NCBI GenBank assembly: GCA_002633005.1
Contig: NMRA01000357.1
Span: 386,341 to 450,340, forward strand
DNA length: 64,000 bases
Direction: 5' to 3'
Origin: Phoronis australis
Lineage: Eukaryota; Animalia; Phoronida
Below, piece by piece: positions 38,701-53,700 of this stretch. A program made the position numbers and the translations under genes. The notes beneath the pieces were generated by a model that did not search any database, was not told the origin of the DNA, and saw only the letters and a list, made by a program, of their open reading frames with translations. Each line of letters starts with the position of its first letter. The stretch's first letter is position 1.

Positions 38701-41700
38701 TTAGTGAAGATGAAATAAAAAGCTTCACATGTGTCATAATGATTTTTCTAGACCTTCAAATCATAGGTATAGACACCTTAGTTGTCATGTTTGCCTGCAA
38801 ATTGATAAAGTTACACCGAAATTTGAATTTTTTGGTAATGGCGGAAGCTAATTAGCATAATTGGGGAATTTAATGACGTTCATTAATATGCTCTTAAATT
38901 CAAGTGATCTAAACACATTTATATTATGTTTTTGAAGCAAAAATTTTCCTAATTATTCGTCACATATTGTACTCCTGGTCTTACGAATGGTTCTTATCTT
39001 GTTGGTTTGGCGGCCATTTTGTTTATGCAAATTAGATGGTCAAAAACTCAAAATCCAGCTTGGGAACAGACATAATCGAAATCAGCATACCATAATTATG
39101 CTGAAAAGATAGGTTCTCCACTTTTACTAAAAAATGCCTCTAACATGCACATTTTCCGGAAATGCGTCTAGATTAATAAGTTGGCCTATTCGACTACCCA
39201 CCTGGGAGATATGATGATTCAAATTTGACCACATTTTGACGTTATCCTAGGGTCATACATAACCCCGAACGTGATCGAACGACAGATTATTGTTGTTGCT
39301 ACAGTACATGGTTGTGTTGCAAGATCACGTGCTTTGCTTGTAATACATGGCGATATCTCGCAAAAGCTTGTTAGATTTGGCGTCTATCAACACATCACAG
39401 TTCCTGACGTTCATTGAATTTATCTTCATGGCGTATATGGTTCATTTTCTACCTAGTTTGTTGGGCGGTGGTATATTGCTCATGACAATCAAGTAACACC
39501 AGGGAAATGGCGAGCTGATCACATAATGATTGCAGAAAAACAAGACGGGATACACATTCATTTTCGCGACGGACCTTTTGACACGGAACAGTAAGTATGC
39601 AAATGCTACTCTGATGAAGTTCCTAATTCCATAAATAGTCCGAAAGTACAACATACATTTGCAGTCCAATGTATACATGTAAATTGTGTCATACTTCTCT
39701 CATTGATTTTTGTCACAAGTTACTCCTTAAAATGGGATTTTTAATAATTTTCAATAATTTTAAAAGGTAATTGCGTTCCTAATTGCAAAGCATGCAACAT
39801 TCTCCGTCATCATTGATTCTGTTCTCCATCTAGTTACATCACGGGTAGGTTGACTGAAGAGTCCAGTGGAAAATACATGTACTCGGATGACACTCACTCA
39901 AGTAAGTAAAGATCCTGCACACTTTGCAGGAAACTTTCCTGGGCTGTGACAAAGCAAAGTCTGGAATGATCTTGGAAATAGAGGAATATGCACGTGCACT
40001 GCAAATCCTCAATTTAGTAATTCTACAGGATTGAAATACATAAGTTCTGTTCTATGCAATAAGTGCTTACAACCATCATTCACCTTCTAATCACAAGTCA
40101 CTACATTCCAAGCATCGTTAAATGTTCGTTATAAGCTCTGGATATCACAACTACGGATTCACTATCCCACAAACGAGACAAAGGAAAAGAGGCAACTTTA
40201 ATTAAAAGTTTATTAACTCCTCCGAAATGAGTGTGACGCGTGAACTAATCCTGCGCCCGTTTGTCTTATCTGTGAACACAGGACATTTTTGAACAAACTT
40301 GTGCCACATGTGATGTCCCACTGACAAGAAAAAAGGTCCTAAGTGTGCTCAAATGCAACCTCTCGCTATTCATTATTACGCCATATCCCATGGGAAAGCG
40401 AATAGCAACAGGTGGCTGCTTTTCACATTAAACTCAATAGAGAATGAATAATGATGTGATTGGTTGTCTCTATTCTATGTATTACGTAATGACCAATAAA
40501 CGCTGGTGAATCGAGATCACTGCTAATTAACATATCGCCATTTACTGCTAATCAATGAGTGGTGTTGTTTTGGTGTTTTGGTATGAAAATGGTGTTTTAA
40601 GCACTTTTAGGTGAAGTATATTGTATACATGTATAATGGCAGGCTGTCTTGTTCACGTTGTACCAGACGTGCGCAGGCCGCGCATGTGGGTCCATTGCTC
40701 TGATCACCTGGAAATATGTTTGTACTTTACAATTAAAACCAAGCTGAGGAGCGAGAATTCTGACTCAAGGGTCTAGTAGTGTGACCCAGTGGGACTCGAA
40801 CCCACGACCTCGAGCAAAGAAGGCGGGCACCATCACACTAGGCCACACTGCCTCATCCTTTAGGTGAAGTTGAAACCAACAAAAATTTTCAACCTTCGGA
40901 AAGTCAAATCTCGTTCCTAGACTCAAAAGAAACTTTCAGATACCGAGCCTTACGCATTGGTTTCCAAAAATATTTTAGGGTTTATACCAACTGACATTTT
41001 TGCATGAGGGTCTAGTACAAATAGGACTTAAGATGTTTATGAAAAATCGTAAAACATGACGTTAAAAGAGCGTTTACTGACTTTGCTACTGTACATCAAA
41101 GCGTAGGCTGGCTAGGTGGTTTAGCCCTACGCGGCTTCTTCGGATATCAAAGGAATTCTGGCGACTAGGTACATGTACACCCCAGCCTAGGAGCAAATGA
41201 AGCCTATGCAAAAAACATGCTCTAGTAAACTGAGCCTGTAAATCTCTGTTAGACAGTATTGTGCCTGTAATTATTTCCACTAGATAACGGTTATTGCGTT
41301 GGAAACACAGAGTGTACATGGTAATGCGTTGTCTTCCTGGAATCGGGCTGAGTGAGGTGTACTTCGTTTAACGCAAGTTATGTCATGGGTTCAAAAACAC
41401 TAAAACAAAACAATAAATAAGAAAGCTGTACAATTTTTGAAATTCTACCTTGAATAATTACAGCAAGGAATTATAAGCCGCGTTATCCATACCATTATTT
41501 TAGTATAAAAGTACTTTTCCTTTATTTACTTACAATTTAGCACTAACTACTAAAAATGAGACGAGACCCTTAAAAAGTCTTAAAATCCTACATTTATTTT
41601 ATAATGGTAGCTATGTACAAAATGTAGTTAAAATCCCTGATACGGCATTACAGCTCATTTACGCGTGGTATGGACAGACTACAATACGGCCCTGGTTTAC

Positions 41701-44700
41701 GAACAACTGGTCAGCAATTCCGACGGCATTGGGCAGCCAGGGAACAGCAATGCTTATTTTATCCATAGAGAGCGTGAGTTGTCGAACGACGAACAGCAAA
41801 AAAGGAAGGAATTGTGGTCCAATTTAGCACCTCATCTCTGCCTCACAAGTGACATACATGCACCACCGAAAGGTGATCAATTTTAAAAGGCTTATAATGA
41901 GTTCTGCTGTCTAGTCTTCTAGCTTAAAAGACACATCTGAATGCGTGCTCGAATTCTTCATATCCAATAAAGAAACCCTACAAACCATTGGCTTACCAGT
42001 AAGTTCGTTAAGTGTAGCACACAAAGATGTACACTGTGTGCCCATCTCGTTTGAACTTCCGTCGGTGCATTAAGGTCATCTTGTATACTTTTTAGAAACA
42101 TGTGAGCCGTCAGACAGAAAACAGGATGATTTTGAAATGGAGAAGGTAAGGAAACGTCTAGTTGGGTAGACTGAATAGACTTTCGAGTTTAGGGGAGCAC
42201 ATAACTGTTAAGTTTGTGGCAGAATCTCAGCATAGAAAACTAATTTTAAGCAACTTAATTTACTTCTGGAATGCGACAACGTGGGCAATTTTGACGACTG
42301 CTGATGTTCTAACAGAAGTAACTGCTCTCTTGTCGTGACTGGGTAATAGGAATGCTCGAAGCGAAAACATAAGAATGTTATTAAAGTCATTGTCGGTTAT
42401 CTTTTGTAGTTCACTGGTAAATGGTACATCTACCACGGAAACTTTGTCCACGTGGGGAAATGGCGAGCTGATCACCTCTTGGTTGAGCAAGAAGAGAACG
42501 GCACTTATATCGAGTTTCAGGACGGTCTTCTTGACAAAGCGCAGTAAGGTTTCAAATCTACTTTGACTAATTTCTGATGAAAGTGAGTCACATTTCCAGT
42601 GAAAAGAATACTAAACACGGTGTTGGCATATTGAGAGATATTAACAAGTAGTTTCACATCTAGTTCTCTAAAATAGAATAATGTTCTTCAACACACTTCA
42701 ATCCCGGAACGTTTGGAAAGTTCTTTAAAACAAGCATCTCACTAAACAGGCGGCCGTGACTAACTATGTAGGCCAGCTACTGCAGGGCAAGAGAAAGAGC
42801 ACACATTAAAAACCTCAGGACATATATTTGACACAATGAGCACTTGTTGTTAGTTGAATACTACTTGTATCACTTCACTGAGACACCAACGGAACATCAG
42901 CAGTGGACAAATTGAGTGTGGAGGGTATTCACCTAGACGCAGGGTTTAGTACCCTTCTTTGTTCATAACTATGACGTCATACACAACTGGAAATACGAAC
43001 AAAGACAGCTACACGTGTGGTAAACGCGGAAAGGTTAACGTCGTAAAGCCACCTGAATTGATAACACTGTCTCTTCACTCCGGCTGCCCGTCTACATTAT
43101 AAACGAACTGTTTGTGTGTACAATAAGCCAAATTGGGTTACATTGTTTTCATTCGTGGCATCACTTAGTTAAAGACATCAGTTACGCCTCCCGTCCACAC
43201 GCATACATTAGTCGAATCCCAAATCCCCAACTGAATTATTTGCGGTAACTTCAAAAGTCTAAAGCGTCAACTGTGCTACTGTCCGGAGTCACAACACCCA
43301 GCGTCAGGATATACCTAACTGGTGAATCTACAAATAATGCCCCAATTTAATAGTTTAAGACTTCAACCCAGTTATTGACACTATACAATGGCGTAATTAA
43401 CTTAAACTGGAGGAACTTTGGTTGTGAAATAAGAGATTATTTAACAAAGTCTTTATTTCCAGTTACGTAAAGGGTACTCTGACGCTGAAATCGGCAGCAG
43501 AATATATTTACAGCGACAGCACTCACACATGTAAGTTCTGCTTCATGTTTCTCGAAGAGTAACACTACAAGCAATTATTAATGGTAAATTCGTTCAGGGA
43601 ACTTTCTGCTTTTGTTCAAAAAGCATTTCTTGAACGTAAGGGTGCAGTATTCTACTATGTAATCAGTGACTTGCAGTGTACAAGTCCAATGGACAGGATA
43701 TGTCTTACAAAGTCTGAATTAATTGTTTAGATTTAAGCGCATGTCACTTTAATAAACAAATATACCACTACTACTACTAGCACCACCACCACCACCAAGC
43801 ATCGCCAACCCTACTTTTGTTTCCTAAAATAAAGTACGTCCAGTGCAGCAGTATGCAAGCTATAGGACAATATACGCATCATGCGCGCACCCAGCCTTCA
43901 ATATGGAATGATCGAATTGCCGACATTCTGAACCTTTCGCTAACAAAAGAGCGGGCGGACTAAAAAAAAAACGGGTGAGCACCACTGTGAATTGCGCGTT
44001 TGCCCTTATTTAGTGGGACCCCGGTCCCATTTTTCAGACTTTTTGTTACTCGTGGGCGGTCCTTTTTGACCACTTCGCCAAATGGGGGACTCGTTTGAGC
44101 CCCCCGAGCTCCCTCCCCTCTGGGTGCGCCCATTCGCATTATTTCTATTTAACTAGGTTTATCGTTCTGTTTTCTTACCCCTGAGCGAACAATGAGAATG
44201 CAAGTATCCTTATTAAGTATTAATGTTAAATGACTACTTGAAACAGTGACGTTTCGTCATTAAAACGCAAACACTGCCAACAGGCGTTAGTATTTTAGAA
44301 ATTGGGTGTTTCTTGTGCCATTCATCTTGTTCACAATGTTGAATTACTTTGACACATGACTCATTTTTCGTGTTCTTTCAGCTCACATCCGCATTTTATG
44401 GACCAACTACAACTTTGGCCTTTTATACGAACGTTTGGTAAACGCCCACGACGGGCTTGGTAGTTACGGCGATTCAGACGCCTACCTCATTCACAGAAAG
44501 CGTGACTTGTCGGCGGAAGAAATTGCGAAGATAAAGTCGTCATGGACTAAGATAGTTCCTACCATGTGTTTAACACATCATGAGGAAACAATGGAACACA
44601 GTTAGTTCAATTGTTTCGTAAAGTTTGCGGAGCTTTTCTTAAGAAGTAACATAAAAAACCCTAGTAAAGTTTCTCGAGAACTGTTTCGGTAATATGCTAA

Positions 44701-47700
44701 TTTGCATGAGAAATCATGTTTTAGTAACTCAACGGCAGGTGTCAAATATTTTGCATTATTTTTGTCATTTTCGGAAACAAATGAGTCGTTAAGTGAAGCA
44801 AGGAGGAATGACGCTCATAGGTGTCGCTTTTGGATTGATAAACCTCTACTATTATCTAAGGTGCCCTTTTAGCCCACCGTTGTACCGCTCAATATAACTT
44901 ATGAAGACTATGGGATATATCATCTGTACCTAGTAAATCACAATTTATTGCTTAAGTATAACTTAAGTAGTGTAATTGAGCTTTTCACCACTTACACTTT
45001 ATGAAAATATCTCCGACGGGTCCATAGTAGGTATTAGAGCTTTGTGAAAGCTCATGGTTTAAACTATAACCTGTAAACAGTTTTAGGTATTCCATATGAC
45101 CCAAATGGGAGTCTAAGATAAAACGCCTTTAGTCTACTTATATTTTCAAACAAATCACCTTGGAACGGCACGTGGCCGTTACGAACCTGTGAAATATAGA
45201 GGTAAAAAGTACGTCGTAACGTAGATATACTATTGCGGATGAGATACACGTGTGGTTGTCTATTGTCCGATATTTTGCGGGTCTGTCTCGCTTTTTGAGG
45301 CTTTTTCTTAACTCCCACACAAAGTCAGAATGCCCTTTTTGCTGACACAAGTGACGATAATTAGGTAGTGACGTCGTTGCAGTTCGTGCTAATCCATACT
45401 AAGTGGCCATTACTGCCATGTGCAAAAAGACGACTAAAAGGCCGACGTCACTCCTGGGTATTCCGGCGGATATCCCGTCATGTTAGTGTTCAGAAATGCT
45501 GGGACGCCGCTAGGACTTCGCTAAGAAAGCGTGACTTTGCAGGATTACGCGAAATATTGCCTTGTATTTTAAATGAGAAAAATCGTGATTTTGTCTAGAC
45601 TGTTCTAGCCGCGAGACAGGCACTGAACTCTACCCAGATGGCCAGATTCTTTTCTTTTTCTTAACGATGTTCGCAAGTTTTATGGTTCTTGACAAAGATG
45701 AGTGTATTTATGCATTTATTTTGACACTCAGTCTTGTCTTTTTCTTTAGAAACGTGCAAACCAAATACAGTTGCTGTAAATATTCAAAGCCCAAACCTTG
45801 CTTTATTTCCTTTGAAATTTGTTGACCTTGAACATGACAAGAAATAAGCGTTGAGAGACCATGGTACATGTACATTCATATCAAAGGGTAAACTACGCGA
45901 AGTGGTTTGCATCCATGCGATCTCTCAGGACATAAAGGAAAACGCGATCTCTTAGTCCATCAGACTGCAAGGTACTCCTCAGCCAGCAGTAGGTCAAATA
46001 CATATTCGAGTAAAATGAGTGTGTAAATCTATGTCAAAGTGTAGTCTCCCTGCATTATTTACACTAGATTCGTTGACTTAGTGCGCTGGAAACACTAAGA
46101 GTATCGTAATGCGCCGTCTGCCGGTGAAGGGGGTGAATGACTTGTACATGTAAATCGCAAGTCGTGATGCTCAGTGGTAACTTTAAACCAGGAAATATTT
46201 CGTACGATTGATATGATAGCTTGAGTTGGAAATTAGACTGTTTTGTTGGCTTTGAAATTAAATGCAAAGTAATGATGGACACTTGTCTTGTATTTTAGAA
46301 ATATGCAAACCAAGTGACCGTGCGCAAGAGGGTTTTAATATTGCCAAGGTTTGTATTTATTTTAATGGAATCAGTCCAATTCTTTAGATGTAAGCCGTTG
46401 CTAGTCTACTTTCACTGCCTTTTGACATAAAGGGCAGCCTGTCTAACGCAACACTGTGTTTATTTCCACAGTTCACTGGTAAGTGGTACATCCATCAAGG
46501 CACCCACCTCCACGTTGGTAAATGGCGGGCTGAATATCTCATAATAGATCATGGAAAAAACGGAACTCACATCGAATTTCACGATGGACATCTCGACAAA
46601 GCAAAGTAAGATATGTTGGAAAAAGTACTTTATTTCCTGTTTAACCTAGAAGAACCGTACCGCCATTTGGCTATTTGGTGAGTTAGGCTACAACAGCATT
46701 TGTTCACACAGAGTCACGAGGTGGAACAGAGCACCAATCCTTTGATTCCTGCTTCTATAGAAACGTGCATGCAGACGTACACAGTGGCAACAAACCTTCA
46801 AACTCCATGTTTTTACTTTTTAGGTACGTGAAAGGTGTCTTAACGCCAAAGTCGACGGCGAAATATGAGTACAGTGACGAATCACACTCGAGTAAGTAGT
46901 AGAATTATACCGAGGGCCAACTCCAAGCTAAAGTAAAGTAAGAATCAAGCGGCTGTAAACCCTCCTTCTAACACTTCTGATTTAGATCACTATCCATTAT
47001 CGAAAAGCTATCAAAATGTTCCTTTTCCAAATTGAGGATAAGTTCCGGGTATCGAAAGAACTAGTAACCGTTGACTGCTGCTTGAAACCGTTCTATGTAA
47101 GTTGTCTTGTACCGTGTGTAATGTTATGCGTCAAGCTTGCTTTCAACGATGAACAAACTCCCAGTTCTCTTTTCTTATCTGAGTAAGGAGATAGCATGCC
47201 CGCACCGGGGGGGGGGGCTCGGAGGGGCTCCAAGGAGCTCCCTTCATTTGGCGAAGTGGGCGAAAATTTCCGCCTCAGAGAAACAAAAAGACCGAGAAAA
47301 CGAGACAAAAGCCAACTAAAAAGGCAGTAACTACAAAAATTCGGCGTTCACACATTTTACAGCTCTCAACGTATCTCGTTTTTTTAGTAAAATGTCGACA
47401 TTCCCCAAAAATCCAAGCCCCCCCCCATTTTAGGCTGAGGGCGCCCATGGGATGTTGAAACCGATTTTATCGCAGGACGGGGTTCTCGAGCAAGAATGTG
47501 CTACTCTGACGGACGCGATTTTATAACTGGTTCAAGGAATAACAATTAAATGCGTCATCATGACTGTATTACAACTATAGAGAACAAATCAACTTTTCCT
47601 CCTGGTGTATTTTACCTTTCAGTTTTGTAGATGCGACGCCAACTTAAATGAAAACATTTGAGACTCGTCATTTTGTGAACAAGATGTCCTTTGTCAATAG

Positions 47701-50700
47701 TCGAGCAGAAATGTTGGCTCACAATATGCCGCTGACACCCGTGTCTCTAGTTTAACTGATGTCGAAAATATTCAAACACTTTCGGCTTCCAAAGATCATT
47801 AGCTATAGAGTTCAGGTACTGTTTAATTTTGCGAGGTGAACAATTTTAGACAATAAAGGACTGCGTCACTTGAGTTGTTCAAAAAACGTCGGTCGTTGAA
47901 ATACTCCGGAAGCGCTATTTACCCTTTAAGACAAGTAAGGGACTGCTGAGAGAAAGATCCAGCGTTTAAATCCACGGTCGAGGTCTACTTCGTTATACAA
48001 ACCGAAGTGTTTTATCTGATGATCTATGGAGTTTTTACTAATAGTGTAACAACTTGTGACGTAATTGGTTGTTATTGAAATCGTCAAATCAGGGTTAACT
48101 AGCCATTTAAACTAACCAACGTCACTTATTCGATTTCAGCACATTTCCGCATTGTATGGACTGACTACAACTTTGCACTGATTTATGAGCGTTTGAGAGT
48201 TGCCCACGACGGACTGGGCAACTACGGCGATTCGGACGCTTATTTCATCCACAGACACCGTAACCTGTCGGCAGACGAAAGTGCCCGGATGATGTCGTCC
48301 TGGGACAGACTAGTGCCCGGTCTTTGTCTAACTCGTCATCAAGAGACCGACTCGCCCAGTGAGTACTAACGGATGCAGTTGGCTGTAAAAGTGTGGGGCC
48401 TAAAGTACACATTTCAAAATAAAACTGTTCACTTCATTGTTGCCATTCGTAAACATAGTCTCTGTATGTAAGATCTGTAACATTTTTGTTTTGCCTCAAA
48501 ACTTGAAATTTGGTCATTGTTTAACTACAACCTAAATTCCTCTTGTTTTTTTCTGAATTTAAATTCAATCTGTTTTCAATCTTACAAATACATTCTAACT
48601 ACATTTTGACACACGGATTTTTGTAACAGTAAGTTATTGGTTTACATCAGATTTACGGCCAAAAGAGGGTACAAATTCTTTAGTCGATGCCAGTGGCCCC
48701 TGTTCTAGTTCTATTAAAGTTCGTATGTGTGATTGAAGCCAAGATGGCTGTAGGTCCATAAAGTGCGCACACGGCGTTGCATTCATGGAAGAGAGGAACC
48801 ATCTTTCACATAAAAGTGAGGGCATAGTCTTCGGTCACGTTGAACGAACACCTTCCCAAACTACGTGTAAAGATATCAATACAGTACCGTCTTATCTAAG
48901 ACTAGTCGTAAGACCTCTGATAAATCAGGTTACTGAAATATTTCAGCTCTGAATTCGGTGTGCGTCTTCGATTCCTATTTTTGGAGACAGTAACGCTGCA
49001 TTTTACTTCTGTTGTTAAGCGTATGGAACACAAAACACGAACAGAAATAAAAGGTGTAGTTGGGAGGAATTGTAGCAAACGACATGTTTGACTACATGTA
49101 CTTGTGTAATACACGTACAATAGTTTACATGATGTATAGTGCCGTCCTGGATTACACAGCGACATTCAAATCTTGCTGTATTAACCCACAATGCCGTAAA
49201 CATCCGGCAGATTATTTGTTTTCTCGTTTTCGTGCTATTGAATTCTTACATGTTATTGTTGTTGTCTGATACTTCGCAAGTTTTTCCTCGGTTACATTAC
49301 TCTATTCGGTCCTTCCAATGTCAACGAAAATTACTGTTGTGGTGTGGGCTGCAACACCGAGGTTAGAATGTTTGATAAACTGGACAATTACCCGTGGGTG
49401 AGCCTAGTGATGTGAAATTCTTCGCCTTCCCGACATCAATGAGAGACACGAAAAGCTGCCTCGTTTCCAAAGCGAGGTCACTCACTTTCTAATTTCCGGG
49501 GCAAAGGAGAGTTCTAGTGCCGTGTAATTCGGAACGACCTTATTGTTTCCTTTGTCTATTCAAATTTTGGCTTAGAGGTTTAACTAAAGAATCTGATCAA
49601 TTTTCTCTTTCACTTTCAGAAATGTGCAAGCCCAGTGATAAAGTACAGGAGGGTTTCGAAATGGGAAAGGTTTATTGTTTGTGTTCATTGTATTCTAAAT
49701 TTACGAAAGCATTGCTCGCTACTCAGTGCTACATAAAACGCCACGTTACTGCAATTATATTCTAACTGCATATTTTGGTAGGATACGGCTGCCGGCTTTC
49801 GAATTGACCTACAACCCAAGGTATAAATGTAATAATGGTCATTCATTCATAATTCGTTCCCCAAAACAAAGAGTTGCTTATAGTTGAGGTTAAAAAAACA
49901 ATCACTTCTGTGCCCCTTGATTTACCGCTGAAGTGTCTAATCAGCACTGTTTGGTACATCAGTTTACAGGTAAATGGTACATCACCCACGAGAAACATGT
50001 CCATGTAGGCAAATGGCGCTCTGATCATCTCCTGATCCAACAGCGTGAGGACGGTATTCACATCGAGTTTCACAAAGGACCCATTGACAGTGAACAGTGA
50101 GTGAAACTGCAATATTAAATATGTGATATAATAACTAATAATCTGTTAAAAGTAGTTAAGATATCCTTCTTTCACGATTATTACAATCATACATTAGGTT
50201 CACCAAGTTCTTGATATCCTGTCTACTTTCAGAAAATATATGCTTTTGCCAAGTTAAATCTACAGCTTTTGGTTACTGAGCTAAGTACCCGACAAGTCAG
50301 TTAGGTCCAACGGAACCTAAAACAAGTTCTGATTCCCTTTTTTCATCCTAGTAGTGTGTCTTAGGAGAGGGCTTCGTAATTGTTTACCGCTCTTGCTTTG
50401 GGAAATTCCTTTTATCCCCTACGCGTTGAATATTGTTTTCCCAACTACAGTCCTTGGAAATTTCAAAGTGTAGGTCAAGGTCGACTCGACGTCGTTAGAC
50501 GGTTTGATCGTCAAAGTTTCGCAAATTAGTTTAAAATAATAAATTTGCAACAGTGTAAATAACACTCAACATGCAATCAGGTACCTAACATAATATTTGA
50601 TAACAACTGTTAGTTAAAAGGGGGGGGTCCTGGATTTTTAGTTAGGGAGCGAGGGTAGAGTATTAGCCAGGATTTTGCTAGTCAGGCATTCTCACCCCCG

Positions 50701-53700
50701 AACTGCCAAATGGAATGTGGGAGAATTTCTACGCTGTGTGGGTACGATTACACCTTTTATTTCCAGTGATGTCAAGGGTATGTTGACCCAAGAGTCACCC
50801 GGGATCTTCGTATACTCAGATGGGACTCACTCAAGTAAGTCATGCGTGTTCCAAGGTGAACTTATGACGACATGTTTGAAATAATCTCGGGTCTACGTGA
50901 CCTAATGTATTAGCAGCCCCTTCCCCCATCCATCCTACAAACACGACCAACAAAATAACACAGCCGGCATGTCCTTTTAAAGTGCCCGCTGTGAACAATA
51001 AAAAAAATTGTGGAAGTCCCTTTAGCATATCGTAGACCCGCCAGTGTCACAGTAGAGATCTGCTATACTGTATGTAGTCTACTATTACAAAACTCAAGTC
51101 TGAAGACTGGTAAGACGATTTCGGATGTTACGAATGTTACACTGCAGGCTATTCAAGTCGATACGTCGCGGTGCTATTTACTGTCCTGAGCATAGTCTCG
51201 AGGACAATTGAACTGCAAATACTTTGAAAATTTAGAAAGCACCGCTCGTCTGAGTAAAGACTAGGTTTAGACCAATTTTTTCCGCTAAGAGGTCTGGTCT
51301 GCACGCCACCTTTTGGCCACATCACGTGACCTAATCAACATATTCATGTAAGGGGTCTGGTCTACACTGTAGCTGTGGCCACATCACATGACCTAATTAA
51401 CACATTCAGGCACGAGCTCTAAATCAAAATTTATTTTTTTTATTCGACACCGATTCATTGCCGTTTTAACTACCAAACTGGCGCCAACAGTGATGCGTGA
51501 ATGTTGCCACAGATTAATAGATAGTTTCACCGAATTCCCTGACAATTATTGCAGCACATTTCCGCGTTGTGTGGACTGACTACAACATAGCGTTGGTGTA
51601 TGAGCGCCTGATCAGCTCACAGGATGGAATAGGACGTCCTGGCGACTCAAATGCTTACTTCATTCACAAGCATCGCGAGTTATCGGAAGAAGAAAACGTC
51701 AATATGGAAGTCGTGTGGTCCAGCATTGTGAGCAATCTCTGCCTTACTAGCCAAAAATATAAGGCTCCTAAAGGTATAAAATACATTATGTCAGTCTAGG
51801 TGTCCTGGGGAAATTTTGGTGTTACGCTCCCACTGGTCGAAAAGGGTTTAGTCAAACAAGTCAATGACAGACTAGAAATAATTTACTTCAAAAACTAGAA
51901 GTAATGTATACATTCTTAGTGGCTAGGCTATCCACTTTCGTTCAAAAGGTATTCAATAATATTTTTGTCTGAAATAGTGGTGTGGAGCGCAAGACCAACT
52001 TTGTTAAGTAACTTGCCATAAACAGATCCCTGGGCTCAGTTGTTGATTGATACAGTACTTGAATACTGCACACGCCAGTCCCCAAGAACTGTTAATAATA
52101 TGACTCAAATTACAGTTGATCAAGAATTCGAGTAGTCTTGATGAAAAGCGCAGCTGGGTTATTTTAGTGGGGGCCAGGAGGGGTGCAGAAAACGAAAGTC
52201 GCGAAGTTTTCTGCCTTTTGGTCAATCTTTAATTGCAAACCAGTATAAAGACATAAGACGGTTGTATGAATTACATTGTCCAAGTTCCACAAATCAAAAA
52301 TGTTAACAAAGACGACATGCGTAGCAGCGCAAACATGAATAGTGGTTATTTTACTATTCAGAAAGCTCCGAAATTTCAAAGTCGCATATCGCAAGGTTCT
52401 TGCACCTGTGACGTGTACACAAGGATTGGTGAATTCAATAATCACCACACTGTGTCTGCGATTCAATAACAGGCCAGAGCTGCTACAATTTTGGTTGCTG
52501 GAACTGAAACACCTGTTGACATACAGCTTTTCCAAGGGGACCGTTCCTGCCTCGATGACGAATCATCAAAATGTCAGACCGAAATCACGTTTCTCAGGGC
52601 CCTAATATGCTAGAAGACAAGGCCTCGGGGTCTTTGGGCTTCCACTTTAGTCGCATTTTTTTCACCGCGTAGTCCCATTAATTGACTTTAGAAACTTGTT
52701 CATGACTGTACATGTACATGTATGTAACCCTAATTCCGTATGCACGTAACACTTTGAACTGTCATGTTGCAATCTAAGCAGGACTATTGCCAGGTTTACG
52801 TATAATTCTGACGCTTTTTAGCTTGAGAAAATATGGTTACAAGGGATAAAACAAGCATTAGGTCCAGCCAAGGGAAATAAAATCAGCATTTATAACGATC
52901 TTTGAGAGAACAAAATGTTGAAGTCTAACAACTTGAAAACGAGGCTACTTTAAAGAATGTGTTTCTTGACAGTTCCATGTTTGTTTATCATGAATTTATT
53001 AACATCACGAACACAAAAACGCAACTGTAAAATTTTGAATTTTGAATTAAAATCTAAATAAATTAGTGCTGGAAAATTGTGCTCGTCAAATTCTCTAGGG
53101 CATTCTAGAAGAAAAGGAAACGTTCCTGTTTCCAAGTACGTGCTTCAAAAAATAATTGGACGCCTCCAACAAAAATGACCCGAGCTTCCAAAGCGTGTGT
53201 GCGACAATGAGACTCCTGTACACAATAGGTGTGCGAAGATATTTTCATTGCTATTTGTGCCTTTCGTTTCATCTCGGATTTTGTTTGAAAGGGCCTAAAA
53301 CGTCATGTCTGAAATTCTAAAACTTAAATGGCGTTAAGTAACAACTCAGAAACATTAGAGTGTCCCGTTCATGTAACGTCTTGCCTAACCACACCTTTCC
53401 CCTTCTCAACGCTCCCTCTTGAGGTAAAGAGTCTGGGGCCCTCACTACAGGTCTGTCACAATTCTCACTTCCTATTCGCCACATTTGAAAGGAACGCCGA
53501 AAGAGTTATAGAGTGGTTACAATTTCAGTAGGCAACACCACGTGGGTCCGATATTTTAGTTTAATTCCATCTATTCAGTCAGGGTAAATTCTTGCTGTTT
53601 TTAATATTGTTTCCGTAATACATATAAATTATTACATGTTCTTAGTCGGTATCCCCCGCAATCTAAAGCCCGAGTGTATGTTGGAGAATTATCGCCCGAG

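Larger units (their letters stand above)
31853..39175 (-). mobile_element. Academ (AcademX-type, XPG nuclease) DNA transposon, degraded
   Basis: Termini TAGTCTAGACGCATTTCC...GGAAATGCGTCTAGATTA with several hundred bp of imperfect TIR and a 3-bp TSD ATA. Minus-strand relics: GQEHTVLTVDQAL..W..PEY, SPNYAR, RTGDKSSL, IDIVFDRY and AFHAVTGFGTNSYF (XPG H3TH-like). Confidence 0.85.

Noticed and set aside
40780-40854. Possible tRNA gene on the minus strand
   Set aside because: A and B boxes are present, but the acceptor and anticodon stems do not pair well and a SINE-like body follows. Called a SINE instead.
51290-51410. Two ~63-bp tandem copies containing GGCCACATCAC(G/A)TGACCTAAT (E-box-like)
   Set aside because: The duplication is real but is most simply part of a small repeat element. 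There is no evidence of regulatory function.
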